NCBI GenBank assembly: GCA_035269445.1
Contig: DATFJC010000015.1
Location: 1-37,838, forward strand
From: Patescibacteria group bacterium
GTDB taxonomy: Bacteria; Patescibacteriota; Patescibacteriia; UBA2591; UBA6264
Direction of reading: 5' to 3'
Length of the DNA stretch: 37,838 nucleotides
The notes beneath the pieces are model-generated. The model was not told where the DNA came from. It was given only the letters and a program-made list of their open reading frames with translations, and did not search any database. The position numbers and the translations under genes are program-made. This document shows, piece by piece, positions 18,146-27,009 of this stretch; the first letter of the stretch is position 1, and every line of letters begins with the position of its first letter.

Positions 18146-19195
18146 TTAGATATTTTGCCAAATTCCAGGTATAATAAAGCCGCAATTAGGGCAAATGTTT
18201 CGGTCAAGGTTTACTTCTATGTCGTAACCACTTCGGTTAATAACATCGTTGTTGCAGTTAGGGCAATATGTGTTTTGGTATTTTTTGTTTGTACTGTTTC
18301 CAATATAAACAAAATTAAGCCCCGCCTCTTTACCTATTTTATAAGCTAGTTTTAAAGTTTTAAAAGGGGTTTCTTGTTTATCTTTCATCTTATACGCAGG
18401 GTGAAATCTAGAAATATGCCAAGGAATATTTGGATTAAGTTTGGCTATAAATTTTGCAATATTTTTTAATTCTTTTTTGCTGTCATTCTCCCCTGGTATT
18501 AAAAGGGTGGTAATTTCCAACCAAATATTTTTATATTTTTTAACAATATCTTTAATGTTTCTTTTTACAGGATCTACTTTAGCTTTACAAATATTTTTAT
18601 AAAATTCTCTGGAAAAAGATTTTAAATCTATATTAATAGCATCAAGATAAGGAGCAATTTTTTCTAAGGCTTGTTTTGATTCAAAGCCATTGGTTACATA
18701 AACGTTTTTAATGCCAGTTTTAAAGGCTAAGCGAGCTATATCGTAAGCGTACCTAAAAAAGACAGCTGGTTCATTATAGGTATAAGCAATAACAGGAATG
18801 TCTCTTTCTTTACAATGTCTTATTATTTGTTCTGGGCTCCATTTTTCATAGTTTTCTATTGTGTCTTCTAAAGAAATATTTGGATTTTTGGCTATTTTTT
18901 TCGGTTGTTGAGATATTCCCCAGTTTTGACAAAATTGACATTGGAAATTACAACCCATGGTTCCTAAAGAAAAAACAGGTCGTCTGGGAAGAAAATGAAA
19001 AAAAGGTTTTTTTTCAATAGGATCTATTTGAACAGATGTTGGATGTTCATAAACCAAAGAATAAAGTACGCCATCTATATTTTTTCTTACACCACAAATA
19101 CCTGTTTTTCCAGGCTTAATATTGCAGTGCCAAGAACAGGCATTGCATTGAACTAAATTTTTATTTTTTTCTTGATAAAGTAAGGCTTGTTTCAT
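18146..19195 (-). CDS. AmmeMemoRadiSam system radical SAM enzyme (PflA-like activase fold)
   Basis: CX3CX2C motif (CNFQCQFCQNW). N-terminal Cys cluster CNACSWHC...GICG. C-terminal zinc-ribbon-like CPNCN...CPNCG. Confidence 0.9.
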   Translation of the reverse strand: MKQALLYQEKNKNLVQCNACSWHCNIKPGKTGICGVRKNIDGVLYSLVYEHPTSVQIDPIEKKPFFHFLPRRPVFSLGTMGCNFQCQFCQNWGISQQPKKIAKNPNISLEDTIENYEKWSPEQIIRHCKERDIPVIAYTYNEPAVFFRYAYDIARLAFKTGIKNVYVTNGFESKQALEKIAPYLDAINIDLKSFSREFYKNICKAKVDPVKRNIKDIVKKYKNIWLEITTLLIPGENDSKKELKNIAKFIAKLNPNIPWHISRFHPAYKMKDKQETPFKTLKLAYKIGKEAGLNFVYIGNSTNKKYQNTYCPNCNNDVINRSGYDIEVNLDRNICPNCGFIIPGIWQNI

Positions 19196-19199
19196 AATT

Positions 19200-19934
19200 T
19201 TATAAAATAATATTTAAAATAGCTCCTATTATACAAAAACAACCGAATATAAAGGTAAATTTAGAAAAGTTAATTTTTTTGGCAAAGCGGAGTAATATTT
19301 TTAAGGTTAAAAACCCTACCAAGAAACTAGTGATTAAAGCAGGCCAGCCAACTAGTAAAAGATCAGGACTTTTTAGAAAAAGATAAGAGCTAGAAGCTAA
19401 AATTATTGGGGCAGACATTAAATAAGAGAGTGTTAGGATTTTTTTGGGTGAAAATTTTGAAAAAGATAAACCAAATATAGTAGAGCCTGACCGAGAAAGC
19501 CCGGGTATTACGGCTAGGCCCTGAAGTATTCCCGTTAATAAGGCTGTTTGTTGAAATTTTAGGTGTGGTTTAGACTTTTTTTTATTAAAAAAACTTGTTG
19601 TAAAAAGACCTATTCCCATAATAAAGAGTAAACTAGCCCCAAGCGAAACCCCAGTTATTATATGATAAAGGGGAAAGCCTATTGCCAGTGAAAGCGTAGT
19701 GGTTATAAAAAGAAAATAAAGTAACTTTTTGTTTTTAAGTAAAATAATTTCTTTCCATTCCTTTCTAAAATAAACTAACACTGCCAAAAGGGTTCCTAGG
19801 TGTAAAAATAGCGCAATATCAATTGAATTTATTTTTAGCTCAAATATTTCACTAAAAAGAGCCACTATTCCTTCGCTAGAAATAGGAAGCCATTCAAAAA
19901 CACCCTGGAATATCCCTAATAAAACATATTTCAT
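19200..19934 (-). CDS. uppP: Undecaprenyl-diphosphate phosphatase
   Basis: EWLPISSEG N-terminal motif and PGLSRSGSTI motif. About 7 hydrophobic helices. Ends 4 nt before the radical SAM gene. Confidence 0.9.
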   Translation of the reverse strand: MKYVLLGIFQGVFEWLPISSEGIVALFSEIFELKINSIDIALFLHLGTLLAVLVYFRKEWKEIILLKNKKLLYFLFITTTLSLAIGFPLYHIITGVSLGASLLFIMGIGLFTTSFFNKKKSKPHLKFQQTALLTGILQGLAVIPGLSRSGSTIFGLSFSKFSPKKILTLSYLMSAPIILASSSYLFLKSPDLLLVGWPALITSFLVGFLTLKILLRFAKKINFSKFTFIFGCFCIIGAILNIIL

Positions 19935-19988
19935 ATAGTTTATATTATAATCTTTTTTCTATTAAATGTAAAACTAAAAATATATTTA

Positions 19989-20019
19989 AAATAAAAAAGG
20001 TTTTAATATAAAACCTTTT
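19989..20019 (-). terminator. Intrinsic terminator after polX
   Basis: Minus strand reads AAAAGGTTTT-ATATT-AAAACCTTTT followed by TTATTTT. The stem starts 17 nt after the polX stop. Confidence 0.6.
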
Positions 20020-20035
20020 GTTATTAGTTTAAAAA

Positions 20036-21763
20036 TTATTTTTTGTTAATAAATTTTTCAAAAGATTTTAAAGATTTTGTGTTAATAACATCTTTTTTTT
20101 CAATCCAACCTCTTTTTGCCGTTAAAACGCCAAATTTCATAAACTTGAGACTGTTAGGGCTATGGGCATCAGTTGAAATAGCTAATTTAACTTTATTTTC
20201 TTTTGCAAGTTTAGCGTAAGAGGCCTTTAGATCTAATCTTTGCCATGATGCATTAATTTCTAATACTACATTTTCTTTTTTAGCAATTTTTATAATCTTT
20301 TCCATATTTAAATTTATTGGCTCTCTTTTGTTTATAATTCTGCCAGTTGGGTGAGCTATTATATCAATATGTTTATTTTTCATGGCCTTGGCGAGTCTTT
20401 GAGTTTGTTCTGTTTTCTCTTTTTTAAATCCGGAATGAATTGCTCCCAAAACTATGTCGAACTTTTGAAGTATTTTGTCTGGTAAAAATAAATCTCCATT
20501 TTCTAAAATATCTACCTCGCAACCTGCAAATATTTTTATCCCTTTTATTTTTTTATTTGCTTTTTTAATGTCTTTTAAATAATTATTTACATTGTTTTTA
20601 TTTAAGCCATTTATCATCCCCATGGGAGTGGCATGATCTGTAATGGCTAAATATTTATAACCCATTTTTTTGCAAGCTTTGGCCATTTCTAAAATAGTTT
20701 TATTACCATCAGACCAATTGCTGTGCATTTGTAAGTCCCCTTTTATGTCTTGATCTTTTATGAGTGTAGGTAATTTATTTTTTTGAGCCATTTCAACTTC
20801 TCCCTTATCTTCACGAATTTCTGGGGGGATATAGGGTAAGCCTATTGATTTGAAAACTTGTGTTTCGTTTTTACCGCCAATTCTTTTATTATTACTTTTT
20901 TTAAAAATTCCATATTCATTGATCTTAAGATTTTTTTTCATACCCAATTTTCTTATGTGAATATTATGATCTTTTGATCCTGTAAAATAATGCATAGCAG
21001 CACCAAAACTTTTTGGGTCTACTACCCTTAGGTCTGCCTGGGGGCCTTCCTTTATAACAACCCTTGCTTTTGTGTCTCCGCTTAGTAAAACTCTATCTAT
21101 CTCTTTCATTGATGTAAAGAATTTTATTGCCTTTTTGGGTTGATTAGAGGTTATTAAAAAATCTAAGTCCCCTATTGTTTCCTTGCCCCTTCTAAAAGAT
21201 CCGCATATTTCTACCTTTTCAATTAAATCTGATTTTTTGAGTTTGTCTTTTATACTTATAGCCATATCATAAAAGGCGCCTAAAATAAATCTTTTTTGAA
21301 ATTTCTTATAAAGCTTAATGCTTTTTAAAATATTTTTTTCACTTTTTTCGCCCCAGCCTTTTAATTTTCTTAATTTATGCGATTTTACTAGTTTTTTTAA
21401 GCCCTTTATTGTTTTAACATTAAATTTGTCATAAAATAGTTTTGCTTTTTGGGGGCCTATTCCTTGTATATTCATTAAATTAGTAACACCTTTGGGTATT
21501 TTTTTCCTTAAGCGATTTAGTTCTTTACTTTTGCCTGTTTTAATAATTTCCTTAATATGTTTTTCAATTCCCTTGCCTACCCCTGGTATGGATTGTAAAT
21601 TATCTTTTTTATAAATTTTAATAATATCTTTATCTAAATTATCAATAGCTCTAGCAGCCCTACGATTGGCAGCAATTCTAAATCTATTGCCATCTATAAC
21701 TTCCAAAATATCAGACATATTATCTAACATTTTTGCTATTCTAATATTATCTAGGTTTTTCAT
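20036..21763 (-). CDS. polX: Family X DNA polymerase with C-terminal PHP domain
   Basis: N-terminal HhH region (FRIAANRRAARAI, IPGVGKGIEKHI, IQGIGPQKA), nucleotidyltransferase core (GSFRRGKETIGDLDFLI) and PHP motifs (DLQMHSNWSDG, ITDHA). Confidence 0.9.
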   Translation of the reverse strand: MKNLDNIRIAKMLDNMSDILEVIDGNRFRIAANRRAARAIDNLDKDIIKIYKKDNLQSIPGVGKGIEKHIKEIIKTGKSKELNRLRKKIPKGVTNLMNIQGIGPQKAKLFYDKFNVKTIKGLKKLVKSHKLRKLKGWGEKSEKNILKSIKLYKKFQKRFILGAFYDMAISIKDKLKKSDLIEKVEICGSFRRGKETIGDLDFLITSNQPKKAIKFFTSMKEIDRVLLSGDTKARVVIKEGPQADLRVVDPKSFGAAMHYFTGSKDHNIHIRKLGMKKNLKINEYGIFKKSNNKRIGGKNETQVFKSIGLPYIPPEIREDKGEVEMAQKNKLPTLIKDQDIKGDLQMHSNWSDGNKTILEMAKACKKMGYKYLAITDHATPMGMINGLNKNNVNNYLKDIKKANKKIKGIKIFAGCEVDILENGDLFLPDKILQKFDIVLGAIHSGFKKEKTEQTQRLAKAMKNKHIDIIAHPTGRIINKREPINLNMEKIIKIAKKENVVLEINASWQRLDLKASYAKLAKENKVKLAISTDAHSPNSLKFMKFGVLTAKRGWIEKKDVINTKSLKSFEKFINKK

Positions 21764-21779
21764 AAAAATTTATTATTTT

Positions 21780-23039
21780 TTATTTTTCTCCAAGCATTTC
21801 CAAAAGTCCTCTTTTCTTTATATTAAAATCATATTTTTCTTGCTCTGATATCTCCCCTACGCTGCTAAATTTTTGTAATAAGGGATTTATTGCTTGATTA
21901 TAAATTTTCATGGCATATTCTAAGTGTGGGCCCGTAGAGCAACTTCCAGTAGATCCAACATAGCCTATAATCTGTCCCTGACTTATGTTAGTGCCATGGC
22001 TTATCCCCCTAGCATATGATAAAAGATGAGAATAACGAGTAGTATATTTTTCATTATGTCTTATCTCAATAGTTTTACCAATGCAATTGCGCCAACCAAT
22101 AGAAATTACCCTGCCCTTTCCAGAAGAAACCACAGGTGTGCCACTAGGGGCAGCATAATCTATTGCTAAATGAGGGGTGTAACCACCAAATTTAGGATGC
22201 CATCTTTTATATGTAAAGCTAGAAGATATATATTTATATTGAAGCGGGGATTTTAAAAAAGTTCTTCTTAGGTTTTTTCCTTCAAGGTCGTAGTAATCAA
22301 AATCTCCATTTTGATGATTATAATAAAGGCCATAATGATCTTCTCCCATATTTACAAACTTGGCAGCTAAAATCTTTCCTGTATCTACTTCTTTTCCATT
22401 TAAAAATCTTTTTTCATAAAGAACTTTAAATGTATCTCCTTTTTTTATGTCAAAGCCAAAATCAATATCCCAGGCAAAAATATTAGCCATTTCCATAATA
22501 ATTTTATCAGGGATATTATTATTTTTAGCAGAGGCATAAAAGCTAGATTTAACTATGCCCTCTTTTTTAAATATTTTTGTTTTATAATTATATTTTTTTA
22601 ACTTTGCAATTAAACCAGAATTGTTGTTTTTTAAACTTAAAAATTTATCTTTATCAATATTATAAATAAATTCTTGAAATTTATTGTTTTTAAATATAAT
22701 CTCAATTTTATTGCCTGCCTTAATATTTTCTAGGTTGTAAATATTTTTTGCAGACTGATAAATTTGTTGTACTTGTTCTTTGCTTAATTCTAATTTTTTA
22801 TAAAGTAATGAAAAAGCTTCGCCTGGTTGAATAATGTATTCATTTTTTTTAATTTGAGAGGTTTCTGGCTTATTTTTTTTAACCTCAATCTCATTTTCTT
22901 GATTATTAATTGAAGCTTGCTTAGAATCTGATTTTAAAAAGATAATTAATAATAGAATAATTATTAAAAGAATAATTATTCCAAAAAATATTTTCTTCCT
23001 TTTTTTTGTTTTCTTTTTTTTAAAAAAATATTGTGGCAT
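21780..23039 (-). CDS. MepM/Csd3-like M23 peptidase (OapA-like N-domain plus M23) with an H-x-E variant of the HxH motif
   Basis: TM anchor. YIIQPGEAFSLLYKKL (OapA/LysM-like). M23 core HLAIDY (HxxxD), YSHL and GPHLEY in place of GPHLH(F/Y). Confidence 0.85.
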   Translation of the reverse strand: MPQYFFKKKKTKKRKKIFFGIIILLIIILLLIIFLKSDSKQASINNQENEIEVKKNKPETSQIKKNEYIIQPGEAFSLLYKKLELSKEQVQQIYQSAKNIYNLENIKAGNKIEIIFKNNKFQEFIYNIDKDKFLSLKNNNSGLIAKLKKYNYKTKIFKKEGIVKSSFYASAKNNNIPDKIIMEMANIFAWDIDFGFDIKKGDTFKVLYEKRFLNGKEVDTGKILAAKFVNMGEDHYGLYYNHQNGDFDYYDLEGKNLRRTFLKSPLQYKYISSSFTYKRWHPKFGGYTPHLAIDYAAPSGTPVVSSGKGRVISIGWRNCIGKTIEIRHNEKYTTRYSHLLSYARGISHGTNISQGQIIGYVGSTGSCSTGPHLEYAMKIYNQAINPLLQKFSSVGEISEQEKYDFNIKKRGLLEMLGEK

Positions 23040-23089
23040 ATCCCTATTTTAACATATTATGGAAAAAATAAAAATAACCTTAAAACAGC

Positions 23090-23118
23090 TTGACAAAATA
23101 ATAAATTTATACTAATAT
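23090..23118 (+). promoter_or_regulatory. Near-consensus sigma70-type promoter of the DHH gene
   Basis: TTGACA (23090-23095), a 17-nt spacer, then TAATAT (23113-23118). A strong SD, AAGGAGG, lies at 23161-23167, 5 nt before the ATG. Confidence 0.55.
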
Positions 23119-23172
23119 AAGGCTAATAATTTGTTCTTTTAAACTAAAAATAAAAAATAAAAGGAGGATAAA

Positions 23173-24264
23173 ATGTCAAAATTAAAAGAACTAAAAAGGG
23201 CGTTAAGGGATGATAACGGGCAAATAAATATTTTAATTGCTCAGTTTGATCCAGACGCGCTTGCTAGTGCTATGGGATTAGAATACATTATCCAGAAAGT
23301 AAGTGATCTAAAGGTCCAAATATATTATTTTGGAGCTATAGGTCATCCCCAAAACCGCTGTTTGATTAATAAGTATGACCTAAAAAGAAAGGTTAGACCT
23401 ATTAAGGATTCCGACATTTCAAAAGACTCGACAGTGGCCTTAGTTGATTCTTGCCACATTGAAGACGGAAGGCTATTAAAGGAAAAATCAGACTTGCCCA
23501 TTCCCTTGGTTATTATAGATCATCATAGGGGTGAAGTAAGTTTTCCGGAAAAGGAAAAAGGTTTTGTCTGGGTAGAAGATGTGGGCGCAGCCTCTACAAT
23601 GATTGTAGAGCTTCTTAGAGAGTTAGATTCGAATATCAATGAATATCTTTCAAGTGAGGTTGGCTCAATGCTTGCTACAATTCTTACTCTAGGAATTTAT
23701 ACTGATACAAACAAGCTAGTAAGTGGATCACAACGAGATAGAGAAGCTTATGGCTTTGTAACTCAGTTTGTTTCTGGCATAGAAATGTCTGAACTAGTGG
23801 ATTATCCCTTGTCAGAGAGCTATTTTAAAAACCTTCAAAATGCTCTTAATAATTACATGAGAAAGGGATCTCGAGTTATTGCAAAGGTAGGAATAATATC
23901 TGGAGAAACTGGAGACGATTTGTCTACTATCGCAGATGAATTTTTGCGTATGCAAGGAGTAACCTTGGTTGTAATTTGGGGTATTATCAACAAGAAGGTC
24001 AGAATTAGCGCTAGATCAAGAGATTTAAGCACGCCCTTAGATGAATTTTTGGCTCAGAAGTTTGGAAAAAGCTCAGGAGCAAAATTAGCTCCTAATGGTA
24101 GAGGAGAAGGTGGAGCTATTCTTGACTTAAACTTAGGCTTTTGGTATTCAGAAAATATTGAATCAGAGATAGAAATGCTTGTGACAAATAGATTGCGTGA
24201 GGTAATGTTCTCTGATTTGCCTGAATCTTCACCTGAGTCAAATATTGAAAAAAAGGACACCTAA
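23173..24264 (+). CDS. DHH-family phosphoesterase (NrnA-like architecture, atypical DHHA1 end)
   Basis: DHH motifs I-IV are present: FDPDALAS, ALVDSC, IIDHHRG, GIYTDTN. The C-terminal region has GRGEGGA where DHHA1 proteins normally carry GGGH. Confidence 0.8.
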   Translation: MSKLKELKRALRDDNGQINILIAQFDPDALASAMGLEYIIQKVSDLKVQIYYFGAIGHPQNRCLINKYDLKRKVRPIKDSDISKDSTVALVDSCHIEDGRLLKEKSDLPIPLVIIDHHRGEVSFPEKEKGFVWVEDVGAASTMIVELLRELDSNINEYLSSEVGSMLATILTLGIYTDTNKLVSGSQRDREAYGFVTQFVSGIEMSELVDYPLSESYFKNLQNALNNYMRKGSRVIAKVGIISGETGDDLSTIADEFLRMQGVTLVVIWGIINKKVRISARSRDLSTPLDEFLAQKFGKSSGAKLAPNGRGEGGAILDLNLGFWYSENIESEIEMLVTNRLREVMFSDLPESSPESNIEKKDT

Positions 24265-24271
24265 CAAATAA

Positions 24272-24306
24272 CACCCTGTATTTTAAAAATACAGGGTGCT
24301 TTTTTA
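24272..24306. terminator. Strong hairpin terminator shared by the DHH gene (+) and rarA (-)
   Basis: CACCCTGTATTT and AAATACAGGGTG can form an up to 12-bp stem, followed by CTTTTTTAT on the + strand. Confidence 0.75.
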
Positions 24307-24327
24307 TAATTTATTTAAATTATTTTT

Positions 24328-25548
24328 TTATAAATATTTTCTATTTTTTAATTTTTCAGGAAAATATTCTTGGCTTTCCTTATAATTATGATCTGGGCTG
24401 TATTTATAATTCTTTCCATAACCAAAATCTTTCATTAGATTGGTTGGGGCATTTCTAATATGCAAGGGCACTTCCAGACTTCCAAATCTTTGAATGTCTT
24501 TAACTGCTTTTTTATAAGCTGTATATAGTTTATTAGATTTTTTACATTTTGCCATATAAACCACTGCTTGGGCTAGGGCTAATTTACATTCAGGCATGCC
24601 TATAAAGTGTGCTGCCTTATAAGCAGCTACTGCTTGTTCTAATGCTCGAGAGTTTTTAAGGCCAATATCTTCTGAGGCGAACCTGACTATTCTTCTTGCA
24701 ATATACAATGGATCTTCACCCGCCTCAAGCATTCTTGCTAACCAATAAAGAGAAGCATTTGGATCTGAGCCTCTCATTGATTTATGAAGAGCAGATATTA
24801 AATTATAGTGACCTTCTTTGTCTTTGTCGTAAAGATAGGTTCCTTTTCGCAAAGCTTCTTTAATATCTTTTTTAGTTATTTCAATTTTTTTATTATTGCT
24901 AGTCTTTGATTCTATAATATACTCTAATACATTTAAGGCTATTCTAGCATCCCCATCGCTCATCTTAGCTATAGTTTTTATTAAATCATTATTAATCTTA
25001 ATATTTTTATTGCCCAATCCTTTTTCCTTATCAGAAAAGGCTTTTTTTATTATTTTTTCAATATGTTCTGGGTTTAATGGTTCAAGCTTTATTACATGTA
25101 AACGAGAAAGCAAAGCATTCCTAATCTCAAAACTAGGATTTTCAGTAGTTGCTCCAATTAAAATAATTGTTCCTTTTTCAACATGGGGCAAAAGAGCATC
25201 CTGTTGGGTTTTATTCCAGCGATGAATTTCATCTATAAAAAGAATTGTTGCTCTCTCCTTTTCTTTATTTATCTTGGCTTGTTCAATAACTTTACGGAGT
25301 TGTTTTAAACCACCTGAGACAGCGCTAATTTCCTTAAAAGAAGAATTAGTTTTATTGGCAATAATTTTAGCTAGGGTTGTTTTACCACTACCTGGAGGAC
25401 CCCAAAAAATCATTGGTTTGGGTTTTCCGGAAATTATTATTTTTCTAAGTAAAGTCCCCTTGCCTACTATCTTGTCTTGGCCTAAAAAGTCTTTTAAGCT
25501 TTTAGGTCTTATTCTGTCAGCTAAGGGGGTTTTATTAATAGACTTCAT
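24328..25548 (-). CDS. rarA: Replication-associated recombination protein A (MgsA/RarA AAA+ ATPase)
   Basis: LADRIRPKSLKDFLGQ, Walker A GPPGSGKTTLA, Walker B ILFIDEIHRWNK, and the MgsA C-terminal region (HYNLISALHKSMRGSDPNASLYWLARML). Confidence 0.95.
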   Translation of the reverse strand: MKSINKTPLADRIRPKSLKDFLGQDKIVGKGTLLRKIIISGKPKPMIFWGPPGSGKTTLAKIIANKTNSSFKEISAVSGGLKQLRKVIEQAKINKEKERATILFIDEIHRWNKTQQDALLPHVEKGTIILIGATTENPSFEIRNALLSRLHVIKLEPLNPEHIEKIIKKAFSDKEKGLGNKNIKINNDLIKTIAKMSDGDARIALNVLEYIIESKTSNNKKIEITKKDIKEALRKGTYLYDKDKEGHYNLISALHKSMRGSDPNASLYWLARMLEAGEDPLYIARRIVRFASEDIGLKNSRALEQAVAAYKAAHFIGMPECKLALAQAVVYMAKCKKSNKLYTAYKKAVKDIQRFGSLEVPLHIRNAPTNLMKDFGYGKNYKYSPDHNYKESQEYFPEKLKNRKYL

Positions 25549-25572
25549 AATATTTAATTAAAAAGATTTGAA

Positions 25573-25797
25573 TTATATTTGCTTAATACTTATTATTTTT
25601 TTTCTTGATTTATGTCCTTTTAAAATTTCTATATTAGATTTAGCTGTATTAAAATAATCAGACAAGACTTTTATTAGGGCCTTGTTAGCCTTGCCTTGTT
25701 TTGGGGGTTGTTTTACCCAAACTTTAAAACTATTTTCATTTATTTTTTCAATCTTTTCTTGACTTGAGTTTGGTTTTAATTTAATAAGTATTTTCAT
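25573..25797 (-). CDS. DUF167 (YggU) family protein
   Basis: 74 aa with PPKQGKANKALIKVLSDYF...ILKGHKSRKKIISI, the GKAN...G..SR.K pattern of the family. Confidence 0.75.
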   Translation of the reverse strand: MKILIKLKPNSSQEKIEKINENSFKVWVKQPPKQGKANKALIKVLSDYFNTAKSNIEILKGHKSRKKIISIKQI

Positions 25798-25829
25798 TTT
25801 AATTTTTAAAATAATATCTTATTAATACC

Positions 25830-26357
25830 TTATTCTAGCCTACCTATCTCTATTTGTTGAGGTGATTTTAATATAATTTGAGGAATTCTCTCCCCTTTTT
25901 CAATTGTTCCCTGTACTCTAACAATGTTATTTATATAGTAATTTTCTGGATTATTTTTAAAATTATCAATATAATCGTTTGTGATTATAAGATTAAGACA
26001 GGTTTTGGGATAAGGGTGTCCTAAATTAAGAGATAATATATTTTTCTTTAAATCTCTTAAAATACCAGCAACCCTTCCCTCTACTATAACTTTTTTATTA
26101 ATATAATCTTCTGCCTCACAAGTATTTATTATTTCAATGTTTAATTTTTCCTTGGTAAGTTTTTGCCAACTTATTTTTTTTTCTTCTGTTTTTGGGGCTT
26201 CAGGTATAGGACCCAGGCGATTATTATGTTCCATTTTTATATAATTTTCTTTTTTTTGGAAAGCATTTTGGGTGCCTAGGTAATAAAAAATACCACTTAT
26301 TAGAAAAAAGCTAATTATTAAGATAAGAGTTTTTTTGTTTTTGATTATTTTGTTCAT
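25830..26357 (-). CDS. Membrane-anchored hypothetical protein with an OB-fold-like C-terminal half
   Basis: One N-terminal TM. The C-terminal VIVEGRVAGI...NIVRVQGTIEKGERIPQIILKSPQQIEI resembles OB-fold nucleic-acid-binding modules. The fold call is tentative. Confidence 0.55.
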   Translation of the reverse strand: MNKIIKNKKTLILIISFFLISGIFYYLGTQNAFQKKENYIKMEHNNRLGPIPEAPKTEEKKISWQKLTKEKLNIEIINTCEAEDYINKKVIVEGRVAGILRDLKKNILSLNLGHPYPKTCLNLIITNDYIDNFKNNPENYYINNIVRVQGTIEKGERIPQIILKSPQQIEIGRLE

Positions 26358-26408
26358 ATTACTTTTTATTATATTAAAAATATAGAGTTTTGTCTAATCA
26401 GGTAATAA

Positions 26409-26438
26409 AAAAACTAGCTTATTTAAAAGCTAGTTTTT
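26409..26438 (-). terminator. Hairpin terminator after the AhpD-like gene
   Basis: AAAAACTAGCTT, a 6-nt loop, then AAGCTAGTTTTT forms a 12-bp stem. T-runs flank it on both strands. Confidence 0.55.
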
Positions 26439-26458
26439 GGTTATCTATATTTTTTTAA

Positions 26459-26974
26459 TTAAGGTAAGATTGCTAAACAATTATTGAATCTATTAATATA
26501 GTTAAAAAATCCTATTACAGAAATAATTTCAATAATTTCTCTTTTAGAAAATATTTTCTTTAATTCTTGGAAAATTTCAGGATTATCAAGGTGTCCATTT
26601 TCTGTTATATCCTCTACTAAGCCAAAAACTTTTTTATCATTATCAGAGATATTTTTTCTTGTTTTTATATTTTCTAATGTATTTTTAGAAGCACCCATTT
26701 TTAAAAGCATTTTAGAGGTAACATCAACGCAAAATTTACATTTAAGTTTTTGGGATACTATATAACCTATTTTCCATTTCAGCTCTTTATTAATTGCTCT
26801 TTCTTCTCCCATTATTACATGAAAAAGATCAACAAATTCTTTTGTGATATAAGGGCTATGGGCCATTGTTTTTACCCAACCTGGCACTTTACCAATTTTG
26901 TTTTCAAAATCCTCGTAAACTGGCTTTAATACATGATTAACTTCGTTTTTATTAAGGGACGGAATAAAAGACAT
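26459..26974 (-). CDS. Carboxymuconolactone decarboxylase / AhpD-like family protein
   Basis: 171 aa, helical. CxxC in the expected context (VSQKLKCKFCVDVT) but without the following His. Family call is moderate. Confidence 0.6.
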   Translation of the reverse strand: MSFIPSLNKNEVNHVLKPVYEDFENKIGKVPGWVKTMAHSPYITKEFVDLFHVIMGEERAINKELKWKIGYIVSQKLKCKFCVDVTSKMLLKMGASKNTLENIKTRKNISDNDKKVFGLVEDITENGHLDNPEIFQELKKIFSKREIIEIISVIGFFNYINRFNNCLAILP

Positions 26975-27009
26975 AATATTTTTTATTATAATTAATTAAT
27001 TTCTACAAT

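Noticed and set aside
18130-18207. 26-aa N-terminal extension of the Memo-like ORF given in the track
   Set aside because: The extension overlaps the radical SAM gene by 62 nt. The family N-terminus (MRLPIMAGQFYP) begins at the ATG at 18129.
18155-18349. 64-aa ORF antisense to the radical SAM gene
   Set aside because: Shadow frame inside a motif-supported CDS.
21666-21848. 60-aa ORF spanning the polX/M23 junction on the opposite strand
   Set aside because: Antisense to two supported genes. Phe/Ile-rich shadow translation.
24054-24260. 68-aa ORF antisense to the DHH gene
   Set aside because: The sense frame carries all four DHH motifs, an SD, a promoter and a terminator. The antisense frame has none.
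24896-25561. Two plus-strand ORFs (109 aa and 95 aa) opposite rarA
   Set aside because: Shadow frames of a gene with unambiguous AAA+/MgsA motifs.
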